Shown here in pieces: positions 25,419 to 39,229 of a stretch of 64,000 nt of DNA (its first letter is position 1; the number at the start of each line of letters is the position of its first letter). A program made the position numbers and the translations under genes. Origin of the DNA: Octopus sinensis. Lineage: Eukaryota. The DNA lies in contig NC_043002.1 in assembly GCF_006345805.1 (NCBI RefSeq), forward strand, positions 42,222,001-42,286,000, read 5' to 3'. Below the pieces are notes generated by a model, which was not told the origin of the DNA, searched no databases, and saw only the letters and a program-made list of their open reading frames with translations.

Positions 25419-26210
25419 GATAGGGCGCGGTCAGAATGTCGACATTGTTTAAGAAAACAATAAAACTGGAGTAGCGTGGACAAGAGTTGAGAAGTCAACA
25501 TAACAGCTTTATATTCTGTTACTTTCTGTTGAAATAGTCTCGGGGTCAACTTGACTTTTTCCTCTTTCTAGTATCAATAAAAAAATTAATTATTATTATA
25601 ATAAATGACATATTGTATAAGAAAAAATAATCGATAACTCACACACCTACACAGCTCCGTAAACGTACATATAAACACATTATATATATATATGTGTGTG
25701 TGTGTTGTATGTATACACTCATACACAAAACAGACAATAAATTATTAAATAAATAAATGAAAAAGCAATTATATTTTTAATTAACTAATTTACAGATTAT
25801 ATTAACTAATTTTTTTTTTTACCTCCGGAACCTAATGCTGTGGATCAATATTTTCTCATGTGACATGTTTGAAATGTCAGATAACAACTATTTAATATTT
25901 ACCTGACGACCAATTAAAACAACGATCAACAATGTTGAAACGCAACAGCAGATCTCTATCTCACAATAAGTAGTTATAAAACAACTCCTTAAATGCTTCA
26001 AAGCCTTTTTCTTTTTCTTTATTTCCTTTTATCTATTCATTTATTTTACTTTGCTCATTTATTTTCGAGGATCGGTTATTACAGAGAAACAGTGTAGTAG
26101 GAACTTGATTAAATGCTTTTTGGCTATGTTTTGTCGCGTTCTTCTTTCAATGTTTTACGAGTTAAAATCTTATTTCGGGCGATACTTTTTTGCCTCATTC
26201 AAAACTACCT

Positions 26211-26415
26211 GGCGAGCTGGCAGAATCATTAGCACGCCGAAGAAAATGCTTTGTGGCATATTGTCAGTCTTTACGTTCTGAGTTCAAATTCTGCCGAGTT
26301 CGAATTTGTCTTTCATTCTTTCGAGGTCGATAAAATAAATACTAGTCAAGCAATTGAGTCGATATATTCGACTAGCCCCATCCCTCAAAATTTCAAGCCT
26401 TGTGCATTTAGTAAA
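26211..26415 (+). mobile_element. SINE-B (tail 2)
   Basis: Head and core motifs. Confidence 0.88.
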
Positions 26416-26799
26416 AAGAAAACAAAATAATTCATTCCAAGAATTACGTCCCATGCCACGTCATTCGTTTAAACTACAAACTAGACACAGCTGAAGTCAT
26501 CATACGTTTCACAAAAGGCAAAACATTATAAACAAGAAGTGTGATTTATGAAAATCACTCCATAAACTTTGCGAGATTCTAATTTCTTAGAAAAGCACCT
26601 TGGTAAAATATCTCCTACTGCTTTGACAGAAATGGGAAAATGCAGGAATGATTTACACTACGGAAATAAAGGACTTACACTAATTACAAAAATAAATGAT
26701 TTACACTATTTATTAGGATTTATTAGATTGAAATGAGCACCAATCATCAGTGCCGGATTTAGACTTGGTGGGTGTCTAAACTATATAAAACTCCAACGC

Positions 26800-27155
26800 C
26801 TCTTCTTTGGTCGAGCAAATCGACCCCAGGACTTATTCTTTGTAAGCCTAGTACTTATTCTATCAGTCTCTTTTGCCGAACCGCTAAGTTACGGGGACGT
26901 AAACACACCAGCATCGGTTGTCAAGCGATGTTGGGGGAAGGACAAACACAGACACACAAACACACACACACACACATATATATATATACATATATACGAC
27001 AGGCTTCTTTTCAGTTTCCGTCTACCAAATCCACTCACAAGGCTTTGGTCGGCCCGAGGCTATTGTAAAAGACACTTGCCCAAGGTGCCACGCAGTGGGA
27101 CTGAACCCGGAACCATGTGGTTGGTAAGCAAGCTACTTACCACACAGCCACTCCT
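26800..27155 (-). mobile_element. SINE-A, near full-length, young
   Basis: Close reverse complement of 15244-15652. Confidence 0.95.
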
Positions 27156-27512
27156 ACTTTAACAAAAATTGAATTTGAAACCGCGGTTGTACTTTCAAAG
27201 AACATAATTACGACAACCAGGAAGATATTTACAAATTATAATAAAATTAAAAAGAAAAAGATAAATCACCCTCTCGAAGCATTCTTTCGGGACACCGGAA
27301 CTGTTGCATGAAAACTGAGACGAATTCCAGAAAACCAGAACGTCAAGACTCCCCTAGCGATACCAAATACTCTGATCGTCGGGAAAAATGCTTTGCAGTA
27401 TTTGTCCCGGTTCTTTACGTTGAGTTAAAATTCCACCGATATCAACTTTGCTTTTCATCTCTCTGAGGTCGTTAAAATAAGGTAGAGGTCAAGTGGTAGG
27501 GTGAATGGTAGC

Positions 27513-27743
27513 TATTTCTTTACTACCCACAAGGGGCCAAACACAGAGGAGACAAACAAGGACAGACAGACGGATTAAGTCGATTATATCGACCCCAGTG
27601 CGTAACTGGTACTTAATTTATCGACCCCGAAAGGATGAAAGGCAAAGTCGACCTCGGCGGAATTTGAACTCAGAACGTAACGGCAGACGAAATACGGCTA
27701 CGCATTTCGCCCGGCGTGCTAACGATTCTGCCAGCTCGCCGCC
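27513..27743 (-). mobile_element. SINE-B (tail 1), young
   Basis: Complete head to tail with CpGs retained; a degenerate plus-strand copy lies at 27370-27490. Confidence 0.95.
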
Positions 27744-28449
27744 TTTTGGATGGTACCTTTTGGTAGGGTGGGTGGTACCGACTATTCCTCCTCTCCCCAA
27801 AATTGCATGCCTTGTACCTAAACCAGAAACCACTATTCTAAAGGAATAAATTATAATGTTCTCTGTTATTCAACCCAAGGTTAGTCTTATTCGAGTAAAA
27901 CATGGACTGAAGTCATGTCAGTTGTCACCATCCCGCCAGTTTGTATACCAAAGTACATACTGTTCAATGTATACCCCACTTACTTAATATAAAGGTTATG
28001 GAGGAACAAATTTGGTTGTTATTTCCAAAAGATCGAATGACCACAAAGAAGCTCCCTCTTTAACATGTAATACATATTCCACCGAGGTTGACTTTACTAT
28101 TCATCCTTTCGGGGTCGATAAAATAAGTACCAGTTGAATACTGGGATCAATGTAATCGAGTTAGTTACACCTTGTCCCGAAATTGCTGGGGCTGTGCCAA
28201 AATTTGAAACCGTTATAGATGTAGGCCGAGAGGTTTGGTTATTGTTTGTTTCGTCGTTTTTCTTGAAATATCTTCTTTACATTCTGGAATTGAACAAATA
28301 TTCTAAATACTAACAGCGATAGTAACTTATAGGCAGTTTGTCTTACAACATAATCTCTGCTAGTTTCTACAAACGAATAAATTTCAAGAATGTTACTTTC
28401 TAAAATGCTCGATTCGTGTATAATCTGAAAAATGCGAAGAATGTGAAAA

Positions 28450-28503
28450 ATGAGCTGCACACAGACGCATTCGCGCACACACTTACACACTCACACACAT
28501 GCA

Positions 28504-28541
<38 letters not shown>

Positions 28542-28722
28542 CACAAACATGCATACATATGTGTGTGAGTGCATGTATACACACATACATTACACACATA
28601 CACACACGAATAATACATACGTACATGCATACACACTTGAATATACCTACATATACCTACATACATACCTACATACATGTATATATGTAAGCAATAAAAA
28701 ATACATGCGTATATATGTGTCT

Positions 28723-28780
<58 letters not shown>

Positions 28781-28982
28781 CTATGTGCATATGTCTTTGT
28801 GTTTGTCTCCCATCACAGCTTGACAACTGCTGTTGGTTTGTTTACGTTCTCGTAACTTAACGGTTCGGCAAAAGAAACCTACAAAATAAGTACGAGGCGT
28901 AAAAATAAGTCCAGCGTTCAATTTGTTCGGCTAAACACTTCAAACTGTGTGGCTGCAGTCCAATGACTGAAACAAGTAAAAT
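28450..28982 (+). repeat. Microsatellite tract followed by a SINE-A 3' half
   Basis: (CA)/(TA)/(TG)n, then GCTTGACAACTGCTGTTGGTTTGTTTACG...GACTGAAACAAGTAAA. Confidence 0.85.
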
Positions 28983-29324
28983 AACCTAAAAGAAGCTATA
29001 TTTTGGTCAGAAACTGTAAATTACAACAAATATGTTATAAGAAAATCCATGCAAGCCTCTAGCTGTCATGCGAAGGATTGACAGAACCATTAGAATGATG
29101 CAAGAAACGTTTACGATATTTAATTACGGTTCCTTATCTTCAGAGTTTAATCTCTTTCGACCCAACGTTTTATTTCAGCCTTCTGGAGTCGCTAAAATTA
29201 AGTACCAGTTACACTAAAAACACCATAGACACGTACATGTAGCTCCCTCTGGCGATAACTGTCTCCTGGCACGAGGCAGGATGGAATCATACGTGTGTGT
29301 GCGCGCTTATAATAAAGGGTAAAA

Positions 29325-29960
29325 GGTAAAGGCACCCGCTTCGGGCAGGAATGATAATGGGATTTCATCTGGAGAGTAACTTTCTAGGTTACTGTCTTAG
29401 GATTTCACCTAGAAAGTTACTCTCCGAGGAACAAGTCCGAGCAAGGTTGTTTATGGTGTATTGTCAAACCATATTAGTTTATAGTGATCAAATCCACGAT
29501 GTCTGAACAGGTGTTCGCTGTATCACGCGTCATGTGTCTAAGCGATCGCAGAACAACGTGTGATGATGTATTTTGTTCAAGAACACAACGCACCACCTAG
29601 TCTAGGAATTGAAACCACGAGTCGCGATCGTAAGTGCAAGACCTTAAGCCACTTGGTCATGTGCCCTTACATTCACAAATATGTTATAGCACTCTGTCTG
29701 CTCGTGAAATTAACGTGCAAGTGGCTGAGCACTCCGCAGACGTAGTTCTCGGGGAGATTCAGCGCGACACAGAGTGTGACAAGGCTGGTTCAACAGAAAC
29801 AGGAAGAAAGAATGAGAGAAAGTTGTGGTGAAAGAGTACAGCAGGGTTCGCCACCACCCTCTGCCGGAGCTTCGTGAAGATTTAAGTGTTTTCACTCAAT
29901 AAACACTCACAACGATCGGTCTGGGAATCGAAACGGCAATCCTATGACCGCGAGTCCGCC
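29325..29960 (-). mobile_element. Cluster of SINE-C-related fragments
   Basis: Tail 29325-29455, head 29520-29660, and body 29690-29960 sharing CTCGTGAAATTAACGTGCAAGTGGCTGAGCA with 3975-4291. Confidence 0.8.
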
Positions 29961-31212
29961 TCCACACAACTATATATGTATATATGTATTTATAATCTCG
30001 CTGTAGTCAAACTACATTACCTTTAGCAGCTTAGAATGAAGATTGAACCGATTTGCTTCGTCTTTCATAAAACTCTTCCGGGATAGCTAATCTTTGCCTT
30101 TGAAGCTGTCGATGGTCGTAAGTAACAAAGAAATTATCGTATTTTCTCGAAAGAAATCATCTTGCATCTCATAAATGTACGGTCATAATTTATTTACAGG
30201 CTAGTCGTGGCTCAGGAAAAGCCTGCTAAAATTAAGAAGCGTCTTATAAGCAAGCTTAAAGACTAAGTGTCTTACAAAAATAGTAGTTAATATAAGCATG
30301 ATTATAACACATCTTCCTTTACATAATGATAAAGGCTGACGACTGCGAGTTAATAACTTGAAGCTTATGAAAGAGTACATATACAGACTCACATATTGAA
30401 TAAAAATATATTTAGTCGCGTTGCAAAATTTGGCTCCTACTTCAAATTACAGCTTTCGTCACTTTCATTAATGCCCCAATTTAACATCCATCCATCCACC
30501 CATCCATCCATCCATCTATCAACTCACAAAATTCAAATGGTGATAGTTCCTGCTTTTACTGTTGATCTTCAACACTTGTCCCTCGCAGAACACAATACCT
30601 GGATATTAGGATCTTGCCGTAAGAACTAAACGGGTAGTGGGGAGTGGGGTGGTCTCTGATAAACTAACTCTTTCTCACTCTTTCTTTACTGCTCTGTCTG
30701 TCTGTCTGCTTGTCTGTCTCTCCCTTTTCCACCATCACTTTCTTTTTCCAAGCTCCCTCTATCTTATTTTAAAGCTCTCTCTCTCTCTTTCTCCCTCCCT
30801 TCCTCTCTCACTCTCTGCTTCTCTCTCCCACGCTAACTCATATTCTGTTTCTCTCCTTCCTCCACACATGATACTAAAAGTGCACAGATGGAAGAAATAT
30901 TTAAAATTCTGGAATTTACTTCTCTCTTTATTTTATTGTTCTTCGGCCTTACTTCTCATGAGATTTTCTCCCATTGATACGAGCATTATTTACCTCCCCG
31001 TGGTTAAGAATTAAACATAATCCTTTAATGACTTTTATAACGAATGCTTTTAAGGTCATTCGGAGCTCTAGTGTTTCACAAGAACTTGAAGCGGTTTCAA
31101 TAGACACCGATTTGAACTCAAACACAGAAGTAGGATGTTGGATATAAAAAGAAAAAAACTTGCTGATACGAATAACCTTGGGGTTATCATTTAGAATATA
31201 TTTCCAAATTTA

Positions 31213-31595
31213 TCGTTAGCACGCCGAACAAAAGACTTAGCGGCATTTCGTCCGTCTTTACGTTATGTGTTCAAATTCTGCCGAGGTCGACTTTACCTTT
31301 CATCCTTTCGGGGTCGATAAAATGACTACTAGATGAGTACTGGGGTAGATGTAATAGACACACTCTAACCCCACAAAATTGCTAGCCTTGTGCCAAAATT
31401 TGAAGCCAAAATGTTTCCTAATTTTATCGTTAGTACGCCGGACAAAATGCGTAGCGGTGTTTCCTCATTCTTTACGTTCTAAGTACAAATTCTGGGTCAA
31501 TAAAATGATTACCAGATGAGCATTAGGATCACTGTAATCTACTTATACCCACCACTGCAAAATTGCAGGCCTTGCCCCAACATTCGCACCCAATA
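31213..31595 (+). mobile_element. Tandem SINE-B copies
   Basis: Both start TTTCC.AATTTATCGTTAG.ACGCCG; the second is internally deleted. Confidence 0.82.
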
Positions 31596-31989
31596 TATTT
31601 CCTAATTTATTAATTAAGCAATGTATCGCAAAAGACAGGTTTGCGTTTTATTTTTAAAAATTTGCTTCTTGATCAACGTTCAAGGAATTTGTTGCTGTTG
31701 TTGTTCTTTAGCACTAGGTCAGCCCATACTGAGTAGAGCTATGGTCAAAGATATTCAGGCTGTGTCCATAGCATCTTTCATTCAAGCACAGTATATCTAG
31801 AGTCACTTGATTCGATGTGGCCTTCGTTTTATTGAAGATAGAGGAGTACGGTGTGATTTCAGTGAAATTTAGCTGCTATTTCTCAAAGGTTGAACGATGT
31901 CCTGAAGATTCCTCTTTGACTCGTAGAATTTCCTCCAAAAGAAAAAATAATAATCAAAGATTCCATGCTTCTTTATCATTTATATTTTA

Positions 31990-32350
31990 TCTGCTTCAGT
32001 CACTGGACTGTGACCGTGCTGAGACACCACCTTAAAGGGTTTAGTGGGATAAATCAATCCCAGTACTTATTGTTTTCAAGTCTGGTACTTATTCTATTGC
32101 CCTCTTTTGCCGAGCCGCTAAGTTACGGACTCGCAAATGGACACGGTAGTCAATTGGTGGTGGGAGATTAACACAACTATAAAGATGCACTCTTAAATAT
32201 GTACACACACATGCGTGCATACATACAGTGATAGACACATATATATGAATCTGTATGTATGTAAGTATGTATGCATGTATGTGTGTATATATATATACAC
32301 ACACTCACATACACACACACACACACACACATACACACACACACACACAT

Positions 32351-32388
<38 letters not shown>

Positions 32389-32540
32389 AAACATATATGA
32401 CGGTCTTCTTTCAGTTTCCGTCTAACAAATCCACTTTGGTCGACCTTATTGAAGACACTTGCCCAAGGAGTCACATAGCGGGACTGAACCCGAAAGCTTG
32501 TGGTTGGGAAGCAAACTTCTTACCACATATGCTTGCGCCT
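31990..32540 (-). mobile_element. Old SINE-A with an expanded internal microsatellite
   Basis: 3' half 31990-32165, microsatellite, then head 32400-32540. Confidence 0.82.
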
Positions 32541-33296
32541 GTGTTATGCTTGCAAACCAAGTCTGAAAAGTTATAATCAGTAAAAATTATATTCACTTTC
32601 TATTTGATCCATTAAGTCTTCAAATATCTCGAAAGAGACGAATAAGATTTTCAGTACATTCTGTTAGCGAAATGGGTGGTAAGCGTCCTTGACAATAAGA
32701 CCTCACAAATAACCTACTATATAGTGGATAATTGACTAAGAAGATAGAAAATCAAAAGAAGATAGAAGCTCTTAGAAACTTCCGGCGGAAACAGTGTATT
32801 GCAACTCTTGCTCTTCAGAAACTACAATCTCTGCAGAAATACTTTATGATACCATTATAGGCAGTAGGGGTGAAATAAACTTCAGAATTCTTGAGTCGAT
32901 CTGCGGATAGCTGCCCGTTTAATCACGTTGCCAAACATGAACACTTACAATTCGAAAAAGAAAAGAAAAAGAAAAAAACGGATTTTAAAATTTGGCACAT
33001 GATGCGGATATCTTGCTAGGCAACACAATTCTCCCCACCCATCGGAGTGTTTTTTATTATTATTTTTTATTTTATGTTTTAATGCTCTTGAAGCCTTTCA
33101 GATTCTCCCTGTATAAACATTTCTTGATATCTCTTCTGTTTTTTTTTATATAACTTAATTCCATTTTGAAATACTACCAGAGTGTCTCATGGAAGAGGGT
33201 TTTAATGTTTGACCGAAAGTAAAATCCACGTCTCAAACGTATATGTGAATAGAACAATAAAAGAATTAAACTTCATCTTATTTCTACAATATTGAC

Positions 33297-33339
<43 letters not shown>

Positions 33340-33340
33340 T

Positions 33341-33561
33341 ATCGTTTCAAATTTTGCCACAAGGGCAGCAATTTTTGGGGTGGATGGGGTGGATGAGTCG
33401 ATTACGTTGACTCCAGTGTTTCACTGGTACCTAAATTATTGATACCGAAAGGATGAAAGGCAAAGTTGACCTCGTCGGAATTTGAATTCAGAACGTAACG
33501 GCAGACGAAATACCACTAAGCATTTCGCCCGGCGTGCTAGCGTTTCTGACAGCTCGCCGCC
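33341..33561 (-). mobile_element. SINE-B (tail 2) inside an (AAT)n tract
   Basis: (AAT)n on both sides. Confidence 0.93.
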
Positions 33562-33607
<46 letters not shown>

Positions 33608-33620
33608 TAATAATAATAGA

Positions 33621-34144
33621 TGCCCTGGTGCAGTGCCAGGCAGTGGCTCTCATGACTTCTGATCTTAATTGGTTGGAAGTATTATCATATATATGCTTTG
33701 TCTTGGTATAAAAGATGGGTTATATTTAATATTTTACTCAATATCACAGATTTGCTTGTCAGTTGCTTGACCTTAAACAGTTGAGCATGTTCCTTAGTGG
33801 CTGCTAATATATGCAAGCAGATGTAGTGGGGGACCATCATAGCCGTGTACTGAAAGGAATTCTTGAGGATTTGAATAATTGGACTCTGGAAACATGGGTG
33901 TTTTGCTCATCATCCTTAAACAAACCTTATTCAGGGACCTTTTGAACAGGAAGGGCTACTCAGCCCGAAGAAAATTCTAACTGGGCCCCACTTGCAAAGC
34001 TATGCGCTGCTTATCTTGATATAAAATCACTACGTCGTGCACATATGCCTAATGTACCTAGTGTACTCTTGTCAGACGGGTATATTGGGCTTCGTATATT
34101 TGTATCCCAGTGTCATTTTGATGGCATGCATTGCTTTCTCACTC
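33621..34144 (+). mobile_element. Non-coding retroelement of about 525 bp flanked by (AAT)n
   Basis: Second copy at 34488-34912; both end CTCTCACT plus (AAT)n. Confidence 0.8.
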
Positions 34145-34440
34145 AATAATAATAATAAATAATAATGATAATGATAATAATAATAATAAACATTTCAATA
34201 TGTAAACATTGCCAAACGTACTTTTAAATGTACATAATAGCAAACACTTTTTACCGTCATCTTAAGATCTCACTATCATCTTATCAGAAGAGTACTTTAA
34301 AACAAACCTTATCACAACACCAATTTGAACTTCTAACATGTTGTCTCTTGAGATCTCTGGATGAGACATGTAGACAACTTGTACAAATACAAAGCAAAAG
34401 CCAAGCATTTAATTATGATAACAACAACAACAACAACAAC

Positions 34441-34487
<47 letters not shown>

Positions 34488-34490
<3 letters not shown>

Positions 34491-34912
34491 CAGGCTGTGG
34501 CTCTCATGGCTTTTGATCTTAACTGATTGGAGGTCTTATCATATACATTGTTTTATCTTGGTATAAAAGATCGGCTACAGCAAATATTCTGCTCAATAAT
34601 TCACCTCTAAATAATACACCTTTTGAATAATTCACCTCTGAAAACATGGGTGTTTTGTTCAGCATACTTAAACAAACCTTATTCAGGGACCTTTTGAGCG
34701 AGATGGGCTACTCAACTTGAAGAAAATTTTACTGGGCTCTATTGCAAGGTCATGCGCTGTTTATCTTGATATGAGATCACCAAGTCACGCACATATGGTT
34801 GTGAAGCATGTGTCTGGTGTACCCTTTTCAGACGGGTAGTCATGATGGGTATATTGGGCTTCGTATATTTGTACCCCATTGTCACTTTGATGGCATATGC
34901 TGCTCTCTCACT
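34488..34912 (+). mobile_element. Second, internally deleted copy of the (AAT)n-flanked element
   Basis: CAGGCTGTGGCTCTCATGGCTT...ACAAACCTTATTCAGGGACCTTTTG matches 33635-34144. Confidence 0.8.
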
Positions 34913-37404
34913 GTAATAATAATAATAATAATAATAATTACTAAAATTAATTTAAATTATATGGTCTATCAGAAGTTCTCTTCACTACAATATACTTGTT
35001 GAAGCTTTCTTCTTTACTAAAACTTTTTATATTTTTTTTTAAGCGCAAAACGATTCTCTTCTGAAATGCCAGTCATATCATATAATTTACTTTTTCTTCT
35101 AACTGTGTACATTTAAGAAACAGAGTTCAGATACAAAAATAATAAAACAAATAAATGAATATAAGAGATAATTCAGGCTTGTGACTTAGAATAAGGCAGG
35201 TGTATTAAAAAAACTAAAATACCTAGCTTCCATTCATTCACTCTACAGACACTCTAATGCAGTTATTACGCGGTACAGAACATTTCTGTTTCTTTTTTTT
35301 TTTTGTAAAATGTCTGACTGAATGTTACATCTGCTTTCAGTGGACAGTTGATTAGGTACATTAACTGCTCTAAAAAAAGGAACGGCTTCCACTCACTCAT
35401 TCTCTCTCTCTCTCTCTTTCATTCTTTCTCACTTGGCTCTCTCTCTCCCTTTCTATCCCCCCTCTCTCTCTTTGTTATCTCTATTTATCAATCTATCTCT
35501 TTATGCCTTTCTCTCTTCTTCTCTATCTCTCTTTTCTGATTCTGTAACGCGGAGTTTGTTTATTATATTAAACTAGCAGGTAGTTAATGAGGTATACAAC
35601 AGCAGCAATTCAAAGGAATGGGTAAATAAAGGAATCCGAGCAACTTTGTGCACGATATGATATCCAATATTAGATAGGTTGGATCCAATATATGGAGAGA
35701 GAGAGAAAAAAAATGACAGCTATCCCTGGCCTTTCGTGTGCAACACTGTATATGGCCTCGGGTAAATGCTATCATTTAAGAACTATCCAGTTCGTGGTGG
35801 TCTTACTGGCGACAAGAATTCGTGATGAAAAAGGTCAAAGGTGAACAGAAAGAATCACACAAATTAATAAGAGAGCGAAAAAAAAATCCCGGTTCATAAC
35901 AGTGCAATGAACGTGTACAAATGCTTGTGGAGAGCTACTTCGTCTACCACCAAATAGAAAAGCAACACATTAACCAAGTATGAATTGCTCTAAAAATAAA
36001 CAATATTTTCTTTTAGTTTTAAGTGGACGACTGATAACTTCAGAGGAATTCTTAGAATCTAATTTTCTTTCTATTAATCTAGTAATTGATTCATGTAGTT
36101 CAAGTAAGTTAGAGCAATAATGAGTAGATATATTAGGATGGTAGATTTATAAGAATATAATAGTTTCAATTGAGGCGAACACTGGTGGTGGTTCGTTTGT
36201 TGGCAAACACCTTGAAGCTAGAAGTCATAAGAAAAACCATCGACAAGCTTTAACCAGATCGACATTTCAGTTCTCTTACTCTACTAACGTCCTTTCTCCT
36301 AGGGAAAGCATGAACGCCACATATTCTTTTTCTTGATAAAGACATCAACATCACACAGTACTAAAATACAGGGTCTTTCCATTTTCTTTTTTATTATTAT
36401 TTTTTTTCCTTCTTTATCACACAGAAACCAAAATTAATCTATCTGCTACTGACTACAGCTATTTAGTTTTCCTTTAATTGCTTTCTTTTGATCAGTTTAT
36501 TTCTAATATGCCCATGTCATTAGTTTCTCTCGGAGGATGCCACAAGAAATTAAATAACCTCGTAGTTGTTGTTGCAATTGTTATTGTCGATGGTGTTGTT
36601 ATTGTTGTTATTATTAACATTACCATCATTATTATTAGTAGTTTTTTTGGGGGGAGAAACAAAGAAAACTTTCTAATTGATCTTCAGAATAATCAAAAAT
36701 AAATTGGGCTCGGGAATGAATTAGCGAAAGAGCAATTTATTTCATATTATTGAAGCGGAAAAGTTGAAGTATTTGGGCGTATCCCCTTAGGGCATGTCGA
36801 TATTTTAGGAGGAGTAATTCGTTTGTAAATTGTACGTAAAATTGCGCAGTAAATACTTGAGATGACTATAGAGAGTTTCTGAAAGCAGAAAATATTGTAC
36901 TTACTTGAAATCAAATACAGGGACAGTCGAAATTACAGAACGAGCGCCGATCTAGATATGGTAAGCATATCATATTGTGTAGAGGCACATGAATTTCCCA
37001 GAGCCCTTAGTTCTAAAGCCTTTCCAGATAGCTGATTTTCTCGAATGAGGGGTGGTCACTTTAGTCAACACACTCTTAATTAAACATTCGAATTTACTTA
37101 AATGCATTCGAACTTACTTAAATAATTAAATGAAATACAGATACCTGTACATTAGTATAAAACGATACAAGTTCATTAATACTGAATTATGCAAGGCACC
37201 CGTAAACTAGTCTGGCAGCCGCGGACATTTGAATTTCCTATTCAGAAATTTGTGCGGATTATAAGAGGCCCAGAACCATCAGAATCCAGAAAGTTGGTGC
37301 TGTACCTGTATTTGTATGATGTCTTCATAAAAAAGTAGATATATATTAGAGAGCGCGAATATGAAATTCGATTGAATAACAGAAAGATAAATGAGATGCT
37401 TATA

Positions 37405-37626
37405 TATCATGGGATGCAGAAAAGTTCCTGGCATTAAGGGTGTCGCGAAAGGATTCGGTGGAGGCCAAAACTTCCGTGTTTTTTTTACAGGACTTAGAAA
37501 AACTGAAGGACCGCTGCAATAAGTGTGTGAATCTGTGAGGGGAATATGTTGAATAAAATCATAATTAACAGACCCTCCTGTATTTTCTGTTACCGAAAAC
37601 CGGAAACTTTTCTGCCCTCCTTCGTA
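37405..37626 (+). mobile_element. Tc1/mariner deletion derivative (MITE)
   Basis: TIRs GGGATGCAGAAAAGTTCCTGGC and CCGGAAACTTTTCTGCCCTCCTTCGTA; internal remnant of the mariner C-terminus (KL.DR..KCV.L.GEYVE*). Confidence 0.8.
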
Positions 37627-37828
37627 TCATTACAGCCACAACTTTTGTTTCTGTAGCCAAGATTCACAAAGATTTTTTTCTTTCTTTCTTTATCTCTGTT
37701 TATCTCTAAGCAGGCATTAGCAGTGTGGTGAAGTAGTTCCCTTCGGTTAGACTGTCTTCTAACATAATCTAAGAGCGGACCTAATCTTTGTGGGTAAAAT
37801 TCGGTCGAGAGATATTGTGGAAAACCTC

Positions 37829-37878
<50 letters not shown>

Positions 37879-38081
37879 TACAATAACACTGAGCAGCAAG
37901 ACGTTTACATTTAGTTTTAACACGTTCTTGTATTCAAGAACATGAAAGACGTTTACTGCAGGATTTTGTTTCGGAGAAAAACATTCTCTCTGTAAACTAA
38001 AAATACATCAAGCTAAGCTCTAGATGACGTTAGCGGACCACTTGACACATACATACATACATACATACATACATACATACA

Positions 38082-38112
<31 letters not shown>

Positions 38113-38302
38113 GTGTGTCTGTGTGTGTGAATTATTGAATGACAAGGGAACTGGAATTACGTCATCAACTTCAAGTGGATTACGTTATTCCTGTTCTCAT
38201 GTCATTCATATACATTACGCTCAGTAATCGTCTAACGCTTTATTCATACGTACATGGACTTCTGACAGCTAGTTATTATCACCACTATACCTAAGTGAAA
38301 TG

Positions 38303-38333
<31 letters not shown>

Positions 38334-38419
38334 TGTATGTATGTATGTATGTATGTATGTATGTATGTATGTGTGTATGCATGTATGTATGGATAGATGG
38401 ATGTATTATGCGTGTATGT

Positions 38420-38870
38420 ATAGGAAATAGTGGCACAACAAGGTACCATTTTTTGCTGGAAATAGCAGTCGACAATCTTTCGACGCTAGGTAAACCTTCA
38501 CCAAATGTATAGAGGCAAAATGTGTGCGGGCAGAGAAATGGACAACCTAGTACTCGAGTTTCGAACATTTCAAAATACGTTTGTTATCGTAAAACTGATT
38601 GGTTCTCGTCAGCTAGGTCCACTGAAGAGACTAAATTTAAAATATCCGCTACATCAATGCCTGTATACTCGGCCAATAGCCCCAGCCGAGGTCAGTGAAA
38701 AACTTTCATATAAAAATATAAATATTATTGTCATACGAAAATTTTTCTTATATTCGCCGCCCGCACACATCGTTGCCTCTATACATTCAGTGAAGCTTTA
38801 CCTAGCGTCAAACGATTATCGACTGTTATTTCCAGCAAAAATTGGTACCTTCTTGTGCCACTATTTCTAT
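38420..38870. mobile_element. MITE with terminal inverted repeats of about 120 bp
   Basis: 38420-38540 and 38751-38870 are reverse complements (roughly 85% by eye) around a spacer of about 210 bp. Confidence 0.88.
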
Positions 38871-38930
38871 TTATAATTCTATCTTTACGGTGTTTACTTT
38901 CGCCGGAAAATAATATTATTGTATTGTAAC

Positions 38931-38970
<40 letters not shown>

Positions 38971-39175
38971 TGTGTGTGTATATATATATATATACATACA
39001 TACATACATACATACTACATACATACATACATACATACATACATACATACTACATACATACATACACCTGCCAACAGTAAGAAGTAACTCCGAGCCCTCA
39101 GAAACAGCTGTCGGACTTGTAACAACTTTCCCCCTCAATTCTTTGGTTCTATATAATCGGAGTAAGTTTGCTCTT

Positions 39176-39214
<39 letters not shown>

Positions 39215-39229
39215 GAGAGAGAGAGAGAG

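Noticed and set aside
36905-37330. Candidate small exons or a 50-aa ORF near GTAAG motifs
   Set aside because: Weak acceptors and no recognisable product; expected by chance.
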